NCBI GenBank assembly: GCA_001662655.1
Contig: KV460206.1
Direction: 5' to 3' (one strand)
From: Pseudogymnoascus verrucosus
Taxonomy: Eukaryota
Length of the DNA: 64,000 bases
This document shows, one piece after another, positions 36,932 through 49,929 of this stretch. Under the pieces are notes generated by a model. The model was not told where the DNA came from. It ran no database searches and saw only the letters and a list, made by a program, of their open reading frames with translations. Both the position numbers and the translations under genes were made by a program. Position 1 is the first letter of the stretch; every line of letters begins with the position of its first letter.

Positions 36932-37090
36932 ATGTGTGAGACGCGCTCCCGGTGGTATTCGTTCTGCCAGCACATCATCTACCTCAGATCACGTCACTGT
37001 CGGTACCGTGGCACGCGGCACTGTCACCGAACTTCGTCTGAGGAGGTGATAAACGACTTCTGCCCGAGTTGCTGGGAGAGGATGCAGTGA
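36932..37090 (+). CDS. Small Cys/His-rich protein (52 aa)
   Basis: Strong Kozak context CCGCCACCATG; MC...YSFCQH...C...C...CPSC pattern. Confidence 0.5.
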   Translation: MCETRSRWYSFCQHIIYLRSRHCRYRGTRHCHRTSSEEVINDFCPSCWERMQ

Positions 37091-38286
37091 GGGGTTGAAA
37101 AGAATGTTGGTAGAGCTGTCTATGCCGCTGGACGGTATGCAGATGTTTGGATAGTATCTCAGAGGTAAGAAAATATATTTATGTTCTATATGTTAGAAAT
37201 TGACTTGTGATAGTAAATTGTTTTGCCTCGTCTCGCTTCTCTTAACGAAAAGGGGGCTTGTATGCCACCAACAAATGTAAAAATATACCTCCCCCTCATG
37301 ATTTGTTAAACTAACGTATTCAAGATGTTGTGTCCAATCTCATGCACATAACTTCTTCCTGTATATTCAAATTATATATGCCAGACTATAAAAAAGAGGG
37401 GGATTGGTTGTAAAAAACTGCAAAAGACTTATCAAATCTCGTCGTTTATGAGATTTGATAAAGAGAAAATCACTTAATTTTACTTTTTGATGTTTGTGAT
37501 AAGAATATTTATTTATTTGTTATTTTTTGTTGTCGTTTGATTGCTGGGAGTCGAATTCATAACCTCTTTTATTCATTTCCAAGCCCTGGCCAGATTGTCC
37601 TGACAGTGGTACTCCCACTGCGCCACTGTGCCGCTTGGTTTGAGGACGGCTTAAGTTAGGTTATGAGGGTGAGGAGGTGGGCGTGGGTTTCCCATGACAC
37701 CTTGGGGGGTTGCACCCACTGCTGGGGGACAAGGCTGCACTGGACGTATGCCGTGGACGACAACGAAAGGGTCTTTGTCTGTATGGAATGTTATAAGGCT
37801 TTCATGAACATTGCAGAGAGTATGAAACTTTCTTTCTCTTCAAAACATACTCTCTTCAAAGCAACGCCACTGCCTTCATAGGACGACCTGAGTATCCAGA
37901 CAAAGAACTTCTGTCAAGACACATTTCCACGAACAAGCCAGCCTGAAACTCCACCTTTCACAGACTGTTCAGTCCCAGACAATACTATTGTCAAGTCAAA
38001 GAGGTCAACATCTTCTTACAATGAACTTCCATTGCATAGATTCAACCTCTAACAACAATGTTTAAGATCCTTGAAACAACCTCCTTTATGCAGAACAGAC
38101 GCATACAATATCCATCGAGGTATAAGTATGCCGCCGTCGGCCGAGATCATGGCTCAATCAGTTCATCTCATCATTTCATTTCCTCACTGCATCTCAACAG
38201 CACAATACTCGATCAAATCACCAAATCACCCCAAAAACAAATCGACAGACAAGATTCCAGCAAGCAAGTTGACCTTCTTGCCCACG

Positions 38287-39342
38287 ATGCCTGCTGCATT
38301 TTCATTTGGGATAGAGGTGGAGTACCTCGTGCCTTACCTTTACACCGACGACATAGACCCAGAGCCAAAAGATAGACGCACCATTGACAGAACACCCCCA
38401 GGCATCAACGACTTCACTGACCCAAACGGCTACATAATCGACAATGTCGTCTACAACCGTGTGCGCAGGACTCTCCGGGACGTCGGCCTACCAGCAGCGG
38501 TGATGCCCGAGCTGCCCGTCGGGCCCCTCCCATCCCAATGGGAGCCGGTAAGGGACGAATCCCTCGTGGAAGACGACGACATGGCAGATCTCTACGGAAG
38601 CAACTTTATCCCTCTCGAAATCCGCTCTCCCGTCCTCAACGCCGACAGAGCCAGCTTCCGCTCCGTCAGGTTAGCTATTGACGCTTTAGTATCCAAGCAC
38701 CGCTTACTTATCACAGACACTTGCGGCTACCACGTCCACGTCGGCCGGGGCAAAGAGGGCTTCAGCCTGCCGGCCCTCAAGAACATCGCTGCCTTCCTCT
38801 GGGTCTTCGGGGGCCAGCTCGGCACCTTGCATCCGAAAAATCGCCATAATAACGGCTATGCATCATCGATGCGGAAGAAATCCAATATCTCGCACCACGC
38901 AGAGGACCTGTGCGAGGGCATCCGGGAAATTTACGCTGCGAAGACAGCGCGCAGGCTGGTCTACCTGATCCACTGGACATACCCGGACGAGGAGTTCGAG
39001 AGCGACGATGTCTTCATCCGCAACATGGCATATAACTTCGTCAACATCGTGCACGCCGAGGGCAAGAATACGATTGAGTTCAGACAGTTCGCCAGCACGA
39101 CTGATAGCTTGCATGTTAAGATGTGGGCGGAGGTGTGCGTGGGTATCGTTATGGCTTGTGCGGAGAGGAATGAGCTGGAGTTCAGTGCTTTTCTGCTCGA
39201 TGCTGCTGACAAGGAGGAGAATAGGCCTAAGGAGGTCTTGGATATTGCTCAGCTGCTTAGTAGGATTGGGTTGCGAGACCAGGCGAATTGGGCGCAGCAG
39301 CGCTGTGAGGAGCTGGGGTCTCGGAAATGCTCGATCCAGTAA
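38287..39342 (+). CDS. Putative amidoligase (COOH-NH2 ligase type 2 / Amidoligase_2)
   Basis: FGIEVE, LEIRSPVL, TCGYHVHVG and TIEFRQ motifs. Confidence 0.85.
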   Translation: MPAAFSFGIEVEYLVPYLYTDDIDPEPKDRRTIDRTPPGINDFTDPNGYIIDNVVYNRVRRTLRDVGLPAAVMPELPVGPLPSQWEPVRDESLVEDDDMADLYGSNFIPLEIRSPVLNADRASFRSVRLAIDALVSKHRLLITDTCGYHVHVGRGKEGFSLPALKNIAAFLWVFGGQLGTLHPKNRHNNGYASSMRKKSNISHHAEDLCEGIREIYAAKTARRLVYLIHWTYPDEEFESDDVFIRNMAYNFVNIVHAEGKNTIEFRQFASTTDSLHVKMWAEVCVGIVMACAERNELEFSAFLLDAADKEENRPKEVLDIAQLLSRIGLRDQANWAQQRCEELGSRKCSIQ

Positions 39343-39844
39343 GCGAAAGGTAAGCTTTGTGTGCATGATGGCGCTCAGGGGTGCCGACGAGGGTAAGTTT
39401 CAAAAAAGGTAAGTGAGAGCGTTTCTTTTCTGTCGAGATATCATTACCTATAGATCTCTTTTTGTCACAACATCTTTACCTTTAGATTTCCTTCTCTCAT
39501 CATATCATTACTCATATAACAATATTTTCTCGCAATATCGATATATTTTTTTTTAAAAAAATGTCTTCTCAATTTCCCAACTACCAACAAGTGGCAAGTA
39601 ATAATTAATCGTGTCGTGTGAACTATAATAATGTAAAGGGGTATCCTTTGCTTCTCGTCCCACCCGCTAAAACCGAACCGTTGAAAAGGTTTCCAACCAT
39701 TAAAACAAGTGCAAATCCATGCGTGTTATTAAACCCGTTACCATTATCCGTCGCACACAGTGTTTCCTCATATGCAGTCCATGCCCATTACTACCGCATT
39801 GCGGTAAACTTCTTGTCAATCTTTCGTCACAGTAGGCCGTGCGA

Positions 39845-40443
39845 TTAGACCACTGCCCTTCCAGTGAACTGCGACCTGTTGTGCCTGTGCTTGAACCAGT
39901 AGATGCCAACAGCGACCGACGAGACAAGCCAGAGAAGCATGTTGACCAGATCAACCCAGACAGCGTTCTTCATGCGCTGGATATCCTTGTTGCCCTCCGC
40001 ATCTTCCTTGATGAACAGCTATAGATTCCGTTAGCACAGTCCCGCGTATCCCCCGACACACCCAGAGGGTATCTCACCTTGCCGAAGATGCCGAACAGCA
40101 CAATCCAGAAGAACAGCAGCAGCGTGTCCCACACGAACAGTATCGACATTTTCTTCATCGTAACGGGGATCAAGTAGATCAGCGCCGTGATGGCGGAGAA
40201 GGTGCCGACGACGATAGCGTATGCCTATGCGACAGATGTCAGAATGCGCCTCGATGCAGTCGAACCGCGGAGGAAGTGAGGTATGAGTGGACTTACCCAT
40301 CGGCCATCAGTAGAGTGATGCGCCTTCCGCGCAGATGTGATGTCGACACCATAGAGACCGCAGACGGTGAGCGCGAGGACGAACTGGAAGAAGCGCACGA
40401 CGCCGAAGGCGAGGTAAGTCATGGGTTCATTGAGGATGGCCAT
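39845..40443 (-). CDS. MARVEL-domain membrane protein, 3 exons
   Basis: RFFQFVLALTVCGLYG...WDTLLLFFWIVLFGIFG...AVWVDLVNMLLWL; four hydrophobic helices; GT-AG introns. Confidence 0.8.
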
Positions 40444-41683
40444 TTTGACTGTGTTGTGTATTATGTCGAGTGGTATGGTATATTATCTTCCCTTTCTTTG
40501 ATTATCGCAACACTACGGTTTCCGATTTTTACCCCTCACTCAGTATGGCGGGTGGCGGCGTTTATATGTTGATCTCTCAAAACAGAACCCGTGCGGTGCG
40601 GTGCTTGGTAGCTTGGTAGCTTGGTAGGTAACACAAAAAAAAAAGGTTAACGCGCGCGGCTATCCAAAACAACGAGCTGTCGTATTATCCAGGGTGTTGA
40701 TACGAGTCACAGAACGTTGCGATACTCAGTAAATGATTTGATGTAAAGGAATCACAGTGCGACAGAGATTTTCTGGCTACTTGGCGCATTCTATAGTAGT
40801 AATACTCGCCTTCTACAGTCTAAAGCTACTTATTTCCCATCAGTGCTTTCCCTGTTTTTTTTTGCCCGTTCTCGACCGCGACGATCGGCTTGGTAGCGTA
40901 GGGGTAGAGTCGCTGACGTCACTTCTGTGGACGCGACTGGCAGCTTTGCTTGGAGCTTTATCCGAACGCGTCGGGTCTAGGCTGGACTAGGGTATGTCCG
41001 GCCGCTTTTAGTGCAGGGCATCCAGGGCTGGCCGGAGCTAACGGGTGCCGGTTTCCACGGCTCGATGGGAAGCCGTGTTGGTGTTGGATACCATACGGAG
41101 CCGTGTTGGAAGTATTCACAATGACAATGATACCAAGAGGTAGCAAGAGCACGATAGAATAGACCTGTAAAATAAGAACTCTATTCACTATAAAATAAAA
41201 GATACTCTGCGCAAACTAGGCGTGACGGCGAGATGCGAACGTGACTTTCTAGTGACAGGGGTTCAGAGTACGACGTACGCAAAAATATAGGAGAAATCGA
41301 TACTCGCACAGCTTTTGAAATGCCAATACTTAAAGTTGCCATCATTTTTCTCTCTGCAGTCAGCTTCTCGTTGCCAGGGGACAGACGTTGTATATATAGA
41401 TAGAGATGCAGCCACTCGGATACTATGGCGCCCACACCTATAGCTAAACGCTATGCAGTGCTTCGTGGCCTATGTTGGACCTTAAGCGCCAGCCTTGTTA
41501 TACAGACAAGATATATTCGTGCCTCAATCTCTCCGTCCGTATTTTGAAATAGTCCTGTTGCTTGTTTGTGGTTATACCTAGATATAATTACTCTCAAATT
41601 GCAGAATTCGCCTTTCCCCTTGACGCTGACGAGGGGCCTGAATTGTTATAATCATTGAAGTCAACTGAACTGCAAGCTATATA

Positions 41684-44097
41684 ATGGCTTCAACACCAAG
41701 AATTCCCACACAGCCCTCCGTCGAGCCGTCTCAATACCAGCATTTCATCCCTCGGTTTATTCTGAAAAACTTTTCCTATAAGTCACGAAAGAATGGCGGG
41801 AACAAACGGGGCAACCGCAACGGCAAGAACCAACGCGCCGAAGATATGCTCCATACAATCGAACTTTCGGGCCCAAAGGCAAAGATCCTCGACACAACTG
41901 TCGCCCGCACACTTGGGAAGGTCGACATGTACCGAGATTTTGCAAAAACCGAGAATCAGCAAGGACTTGAAAAACAGTTGGCAGACCTCGAGTCTCTTGC
42001 AGGTAGGGTTGTCGCCGCCATCCGAAAGAGGCTTGAGGCTAGGAATGAAGATGTCTGGATAACCCGTTTGGAGCGTGATACGTTGCGCAAATTTCTATTT
42101 ATTATGAAATACAGGTCCTCGAACATGCACAAGCGTTTTTGTCCTGAGACTTTCGAGGACTATTCTTCCGATGATAGAGAGGAGCTGCTAGAATATGTAC
42201 GCGGGAAAGATTTCGAGAAGCCAATTGATGTGTGGTTCGACAACATCAAAGCTATGCTAGAGCTGGAAATGGATCCAGGTGGTGAGTGGATGGAAAAAAT
42301 TAGGAAGCGCGCATATCCTCCTGACGCGGAATGGTTTGTTCATCATACACAAAGTATGTATATGGCCTTATGCACGCCATCAGAGCCCGAAGATGAGTTC
42401 TTATTGACCGAGAATGGCTATGGAATTCACGAAGGACCAGTGAGTGGCCGAGTCGACCCTAGCACCGGTCAATTTACTGCGACATCCTACACCGAGTACC
42501 ACGTCTTTGCAGTCATCTCCCCAAGGCTATTGATTGTGTTACGAAGCCTTATCTTGCCTAATCCTATGGAAGATAGCTTGCAAGGTATAAGGGAGTTCAG
42601 ACAGACCATGTATCGGATTTGTGCTAGCACACATACCAATCCGAACGAAGCAAACTCGATATTAGCGGATCTACCGATATCAAAGGCTCGCAATTCGTAC
42701 ACGAAGTTAATGGGTGACAGTCTAGTGTTGCTCAATGGCGAGGATGGGACGTATCGAGCTGATCACCGATTCTGTTTTCAATTCTTTCCAATTGCCAATT
42801 GCCATGTTAACAAGATCAATGGTATTATGCTCGAGGAGTCCCACAGTATATCTACGATAGTCTTCGGGTCTCGCACCGGAGCTCGGAAAATATTCGAATC
42901 CTATCTGAGCGCTCCTGTGGAATCTGGGTTTAAGACTGTGGGCGGTAAGCCAGACGACAGCAGGTTGATTTTTCTCCGAAAACTAGAGCATGTCGCTAAG
43001 CAGATGGGATCTAATGTTGTGGCCGTATATCGCACAGCCATCTATCGCACAAGAAATAAGACGCCTACTACTGACGAGAGTGACGAAGCATTCGCTCGGA
43101 TGATGGAACTTACCCCACCAGAGGAAAGGGGTGAGCATATGCAACTCTATATGCGACTTGGTAAACAGTCTCGATGATAAATTTGAATGCCTTCACTAAC
43201 TACTGCAGGTGGGTCCTATGCGACATTGATGAAGGACATGGAGCAGGCCCGAAACATGATGAATATGAGAATTAAATTCGACGTTTGGTCTACGGGACTA
43301 AATGAACATATCCGGAATAATATCCGCGAGAATCTCCGACACATATTTAGCCAGCTCCCTGCGCGGCGAGTCTGGTATTATCTCAAGCATATACGGAATA
43401 TCACACTACGAGATCGTTCTATAGAGGGGAGTGTAATTTGTGAGGGGCCGGACGACGTGATCGCAAAAGGTGATACATTCCTGTGTGAGATATTTGCAGG
43501 TTGCAGATAAACTAACATATATCACCATAGTGAGCCATGTGATCCGCGGCGAGGCCATAGCTCGTCTTATGTTCGCTGTTGTGCTTAATCAAATATCCCT
43601 CGCGAGTCACCCAGACTTTGAATTCTACCCCACGATCATCTCCGAAGCCTCGTGGCGTAACATTTCTAGAAGTAAACAGATTATTTTCAGTTCTGCAGGA
43701 AGTATATGTGATTGCGGTAAGTTGTATATCCATATTCAGGTTCGCAATCTAAGACGATAGTATAGGTATCAACGAGATAGAACAGAAAGCTCGATTGTTA
43801 CGAGACAAGCTACAGAATCCGAGTTACCCCAAGACATTCGCAAACCTCTTCCTACCGAAAAATGCTATGATTAGACACCCCTTGTGGTCCGACAAAGAAA
43901 ATATCGAGATGCAGACACGCTTTCATACTCGAATCGTATTCCCAGGCCTCGTAGAAAAGCTGGGTCAGGAGGAGGAGGACGAGTTGGACGAGGTGCTCTT
44001 CAATATTGCATATCCTTCTCCGTCACCATTCCTCGTCTTTAACAACGAAAAGAAGGCGATACAGGCATATCAATGGATTAACTCTATGGTGCGGTAG
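41684..44097 (+). CDS. DUF4238-family protein (multi-exon)
   Basis: N-terminal QHFIPRFILKNF, LRKFLFIMKYR, EFLLTEN, and consecutive ORFs separated by short GT-AG introns. Confidence 0.8.
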
Positions 44098-44438
44098 CAG
44101 TTGCATATCTATCGCTGTCTACTGGGATAAGGGGAAAGGGAATCGCTGATGGTGGCAGAAATGTAGTTTCAACGGACAAGATCGTTCCCCGAGAATAAAA
44201 TGTCTTAGTATGTCGTTTATAGTTATACTTCTAGTTTTCTCTATATTATTCGCATAATCCTTCAATCTCCATATCTCAAAAGTATGGTAAAAATAAATCA
44301 TAACCTCACATGCCGCCAGTAAGCCCGTTGCAATGCCGCATAAACCATCATTCTCTGGCCCAAAAATATGCCTAGTCATAAATCATATCCACGCAGACCA
44401 ACCCCCCCCCATCTCTCATAGAGCCCTAAACAAGAAGC

Positions 44439-46183
44439 TTAGTAATATACCCTCGTCGATCTTCTCGGCGTATCAAAGACGATCTCCCCGCCAGTCCTAT
44501 CGTCATCATACATAGGCTCGGCACGCGACCTCGAAGCTTCAATCGTCAGCATCTCCCTCTCCCTCTCTCTCGGTCTGGGTTGCTCGCGCTCCCACGCAAT
44601 CTCACGGATCCTGTTCCTCCTGTCTTGGACGATATCATCCGAGAGGTCCACGAGCTCCACAACATCCTCCTACGTCGATTAGCATAACCATTCAGACCGA
44701 CATCGAGGCGTCATGGGGCGGGACATACATATTTCAGATACCGGAAGACATAGAAGAAGTACTCCGTCTCCTCGTAATCGTATCCCATCTCCTCAATCGC
44801 CTCTCTGATCACCAAGTCCTTCGTAATCTCCGTCCACAGATCCCCAAACCTATTTCGCGGCTCTGCTACTGGTCGGGACACTCTCTTTCTATCAATGCTA
44901 ATCTCCAGCGTATCTCTTTCTCCGTCCATCTCCCTCTCTCGTCTCATCCCCCCCCGCCCCATCTCCATCCGTATGTCTCTCTCCCGCTCCCTCTCCCGAT
45001 CATAACTCCCCATACTATCCCTCTCCGGGATAAACTTACTCCTCCTCACCCCATTATACTTCTGCCATGTAACCTCCTGGCTTCCCCCGCCGACGCCATC
45101 CATTCTCACCCTCTCTGTTCCGGGTGGTACGTCGATGATCTCCCATTTCTTAGTGGCACCATTGTACGCCTCGCCGATATAAGCACGTTCGTCCGTCTTC
45201 CTCGCATAATAATCTGCTTCACGATCATTGGGACGTATGCGGCGATCTCTCGGATCCCTCGCATCTCTCGCCGAGGACACAGAGCGTCGAATATCGGTGC
45301 GGGCTCTAAGCCGGTCTCGTTCGCGGTCTCGCTCATAGATCCCGTCGTCGTCGGCGAACTGGGGGCGGCCGTCACGATACCTTCGTTGTTGGCTAAAGAG
45401 AGTTAGCTTGGGTTTAGAGGGCGAGTATTGGGGGACTTACGATCGGTGGATCTCAACATCAGTGTCGCCCGGGCCAGTGACTATGTCTATCTCAGTCTCT
45501 CTGATATCTCCCCTGGAGCGTTGAGGCCGAAGGCGCGGAGGCGGTGTTGGGACCGCAACTGGTTGGTAACCTGAATAGTATTAGAGAATATTCGCCAGGC
45601 AGTTTCAAACCCACATACCATGATCTATATGTCTGTGATGCGTGATAATCTCCTGGTGTATCGGGGGTGCCCGAATAATAGGAGGCTCGCGAGGCATCCT
45701 AGCGCGCGGCTCCGGAGAGCTAGACGGGGACCTTCGTCTTTCCCTCTCTCTCTCAACAACTCTCACACTAGTTCTCTCCCTCTCACGTATCGGACTCGGC
45801 AACCTCTCCCTGTCATACAACGGACTCGGCGACCTCTCCCTCTCCCTCTCCACAAATCTCTCCCGTCTATACACCTCCGGCTCATCCACAATCCTCGTCC
45901 TCACACGCTCCATAGACGGCGACCTCGCCCGCGGCGGCGTATGTCGCCTAAACGTCTCGACCTTCCTCTCCCTCAAGACCAGCGGCTGGTCATCCACGCG
46001 CCCATAGTCATCCTGTAGGAAAGCTACCTGGCGATCGCGCTCCTCCGCCGCGGGTCGGCGCCATAGGTCCTCTAGGTCTCGTGATCGCAATGGCGCCGGC
46101 CGCTCTGCGAGTTGGACTGGTGCGCCGCGTGGCGGGCCGCGCTGGTAGTCCCGGTCGTCGTAGTCGTCCCGCCGTCCGGCCAT
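44439..46183 (-). CDS. Conserved Arg/Glu-rich fungal protein (multi-exon)
   Basis: IHQEIITHHRHIDHG, WEIIDVPPGTERV, and WTEITKDLVIREAIEEMGYDYEETEYFFYV conserved blocks. Confidence 0.8.
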
Positions 46184-47198
46184 GGCTAGGCAGCAGCGCT
46201 TGTCAAGACGGTGGTTGAGGATTATTGACTCGAGGCTGCAGCTGAGGTCGGAGGAAGGACTCTTTCTTCCTAACAAAGGAAGGACGGGCGCGCGGAAGGA
46301 GTCGTTTGTTCTGTTGGCACGAGGGATTTGGGGGCGGTTGTTGGTGGGGGTGTGGTGTGGGGTAGTATTGTGCTGTAACCTGGTGGGCAGCAAGGCTTGG
46401 CTGCCCTGTTGCACCAAAACTAAGCCATGGTGTTACAGATGGCACAGACGAACCTGTAGTGATTAAACTTGGAAATGGCGATCCCCGTCCAGCTGATTTT
46501 TGTCGAATCAGCCGTACTTGTAAGCAAAGTAAAGCGGACCATTCATGGCAAGGAATGTGCTTGAGTGAAAGCAGTCCACCAACAAGGAACTCCAGCCGCC
46601 GCCACTTTTACGATATATGACGACACTGTACGCTGTACCCAGCACTGGAAAATAGCTAATAGATACATAATTAAAAACAAATATGGGGTACCTAAATATG
46701 TTGATTGAGCTAATTCTTATATTCAGTAGAAATGCAGCTATCATGCAGTGCCTTTGAAACTATTCCAGGCGTGGCTCTTGCATCGTTCTAGAGGAAACAC
46801 TGCCGATCCATGTGCCATATTTGATAGCTTAAGCTGCCATGCCTCTATACAAGGGTAGGTAACTTCCTATCCTTACACCCATCGCGGATAACTGCTCGCA
46901 CTAAGCCGTTGACCGGGCGCTTTAATTTCTGTAGGGAGCCTCAGTAAAATATGGTATCGTTTTCACATTCTAAGCCTTTGCGGGACATAGGTCCATCGCT
47001 ATTTGGCCGATGAGTTCCGTGATTGGTACCTCGACGGCAATGCTGAAAGCCAATAAATATCGGCGTAGTTGAGATACTGTGGGTTGGAATATATCCTTTA
47101 CCGTGGCTCGTCGGTATTCGACTTCTGGCGTCCATTCCACCCATGGGTACCCACAAACCAGAGTCTCTGTGTGGTGTGTGTTGTCCGACGATAAACTC

Positions 47199-48131
47199 TC
47201 ATTTGCCCTTATTCCTCATAGGCTTTGGTTTCCTCTTCTTAAAAACCACGCCTCCAACAGCTTCATCTTCTTCCTGCTTGACATCAGCGCCAGTAGCAGC
47301 CGCAGTTTCTGCAAGAGACGTTGGCACATCGGATGCTGGCTCCGCTTTGATGCCTGTTGTCTCATCCGGCTCAGACTTGACCACGGAGCTATCAACTGCC
47401 TCAACCTTTGGGGTCGCCGCTGTGTCACTGGGAGGCTCTTGTTTCGTCTCCAAAACGCCCGGTTCCACTTTCGCGGCCGTAACCCTGCTTAACAACTCGT
47501 CAAGGTCATCATTCTCTGTGTCCGCTCCAGGATGTTTTCGATACGCGGAGCCCCATTTGCTCTTTTTCGCCTGCACTGTCTCCTCATCTTCATCTTCAGC
47601 AACTCGTTTCCTGACTCCAAATCCTATAGCCTCAGGCTTTTTCTCGCCATCTCCCTCTGGTGCAATGAGCCGCTGTGAAGTAACCTGCCACTCCCCTAGC
47701 ATTGCCATCTCGCCTCTGAACTCATCGGGTATACTGATCCCCAGCTCCGCAAGTTGCGAAGCTTGCTGCTTCAGCTGTGACGACGTCGCTTGCGCTTTTG
47801 GTACTCTTGGGGTTGGCCCGCGCCCAAGTGCTGAGCTGGAGCTTTCACCACCAGAGCTCCCAGACCCAAGGCCGCTTAGCCTGGCAATTTCATTCTTGGC
47901 CTTATCCTTGTCCCTCTCTTCATTTTCGTGGGTTCGATGTAGATCTCGCAGGAAGCGCTTTAAATTGCCTTGATGTTTGGGTGTTGCATCGTGGTTTGCC
48001 TTTTCGAGCTTTGTGTCACGGACGTAGATTTTACAGTGCTTGCACCAGTATTTGGGCTGGTTGAATATTAGCTGAGATCTATCGAGGCAGGGCAACTCAG
48101 AACTTACGGTGCTTTTCCAATATTCGGACAT
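47199..48131 (-). CDS. U1-C/matrin-type zinc finger protein (WBP4/FBP21-like)
   Basis: MSEYWKST|PKYWCKHCKIYVRD...HDATPKHQ and C-terminal VVFKKRK; 51-nt intron at 48107-48057. Confidence 0.85.
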   Translation of the reverse strand: MSEYWKSTVSSELPCLDRSQLIFNQPKYWCKHCKIYVRDTKLEKANHDATPKHQGNLKRFLRDLHRTHENEERDKDKAKNEIARLSGLGSGSSGGESSSSALGRGPTPRVPKAQATSSQLKQQASQLAELGISIPDEFRGEMAMLGEWQVTSQRLIAPEGDGEKKPEAIGFGVRKRVAEDEDEETVQAKKSKWGSAYRKHPGADTENDDLDELLSRVTAAKVEPGVLETKQEPPSDTAATPKVEAVDSSVVKSEPDETTGIKAEPASDVPTSLAETAAATGADVKQEEDEAVGGVVFKKRKPKPMRNKGK

Positions 48132-48391
48132 GACTGCTTCTTGAGTAGGAAACTGTAGTGATGTTGTAGTTGCCTCTGGCCTGGATTTAGTTGACGAGGC
48201 TGATGATGGGGCGAGAGGGACTTGGCGGTTGTCAGGCTGCAGCCGCGCGCAAGCTCCCTGTGATTCGCCAATAGTGCTGTATGTGTCCGGGATGATGTCT
48301 TTGTAAGTAAGGACGAAGGCGCATGTTAAATAATTGTTAAGGACAACAACACCCATCCTCCTCTTGTTCAACTTACGCCTGAGCTCTAAAC

Positions 48392-49716
48392 ATGGCTTTA
48401 GAAGCCGCTGCCCGCGTGGCCTTGTCGTCATCTGCGAAGGCCATTGCTTCCCCAGCAGCCATCTCAGCAAGAGCTATCCGACCTCTAGCCGTTGGGATAT
48501 CCGCACACAGAACGACCGGCTCTATTCTTCCCCAGCGCAGGACTCTTCATGTCTCGCCGAGGAGGCCGAATAACAATTCTGGTCTTATGGGCCTAGGCGG
48601 CTCTTCAATTCCATCATCATACTTCCAGCGCCCCTCGCTCCCAGCAAATACCATCATTAGATTCGTGCCCCAACAAACAGCATGGATTGTCGAGCGCATG
48701 GGAAAGTTCAACAGGATACTACAGCCCGGTCTTGCGATACTGGTACCATTCCTTGACCGGATAGCATACGTCAAGAGCTTGAAGGAATCTGCGATCGAGA
48801 TACCCAGCCAAAGCGCGATCACAGCCGATAACGTCACACTTGACCTGGATGGTGTTTTATATACTCGGGTGTTCGATGCATACAAGGCCAGGTAAGCCGG
48901 AACTCTCATCCTTCTACAGACTGAGATTCTCATTTGTTATATAGCTACGGTGTTGAAGATGCCGAATACGCCATCTCCCAACTGGCGCAAACCACCATGC
49001 GCTCCGAAATCGGTCAATTGACCCTCGACCACGTCCTAAAAGAGCGCACGACGCTCAACTCCAACATCACAGCCGCCATCAACGAGGCCGCACAAGACTG
49101 GGGCGTCACCTGCCTCCGTTACGAGATCCGCGACATCCACGCCCCCGAAGAGGTCGTCAAGGCCATGCACAGACAAGTCACAGCAGAGCGCTCCAAGCGC
49201 GCCGAGATTCTGGACTCCGAGGGTCAGAGGCAGTCGGCTATCAATATTGCCGAGGGACGGAAGCAGAGTGTTATCCTCGCATCCGAGGCCTTAAGGTCAG
49301 AGCAGATTAATATGGCGAGTGGAGAGGCAGAGGCGATCCTGTTGAAGGCGACGGCGACAGCGGCGGGTATTGACGCGGTGGCGAACAGTATCGCCACTGG
49401 CAAGGAGGCCGCACAGGGTGCTGTCAGCCTTAGTGTTGCGGAGAAGTACGTCGATGCGTTCGGAAAACTGGCGAAGGAAGGCACGGCTGTTGTAGTCCCC
49501 GGAAACGTTGGGGATATTGGAAGCATGATCGCGAGTGCGATGGCCGTCTATGGCCAAGTTGGTGACGCGCAGGCTAAGACAATGGCTGCCCGCCAATTGG
49601 AGGCGTCGAGGAAGCAGGCTGCCAGTGAGGAGCTCTCAGGACTGGGCGAGTCCCCTAATGAGGAGATGAAGAGGAGCATGTTGGCAGGCTTCGAGAAAAC
49701 AACAAACCAAAAGTAA
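48392..49716 (+). CDS. Stomatin-like protein 2 (SPFH/band 7), mitochondrial
   Basis: FVPQQTAWIVERMGKF, AITADNVTL, AISQLAQTTMRSEIG and AERSKRAEIL; one intron at about 48892-48943. Confidence 0.93.
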
Positions 49717-49929
49717 AGGGGCTGGGCTTTAGTCCATGGGTTGTAAATATAGTTAAACCGAGTCCGACGGAGCGTCACTCATCTCATTTCAAGTCTACTG
49801 TAGTCTTATGTAGGTGTACGGTCAGCATAGGCCAGGCGCAACAATTCAAGATCATCCATTTAATGCAATTTGGTTCAATACTGTAACTCATACATTATAT
49901 TCTCTATCTATATCAAGTGCTACCTGTGT

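Noticed and set aside
34234..39342. RiPP-like cluster (repeat precursor plus ligase)
   Set aside because: The repeat protein has no signal peptide or KR/Kex2-delimited cores, and no DUF3328-type oxidase is nearby.
48057..48470. 423-aa single-exon version of the U1 Zn-finger gene overlapping the stomatin gene
   Set aside because: The conserved start is MSEYWKS at 48131. The long ORF arises from read-through of an in-frame 51-nt intron and an open upstream frame.
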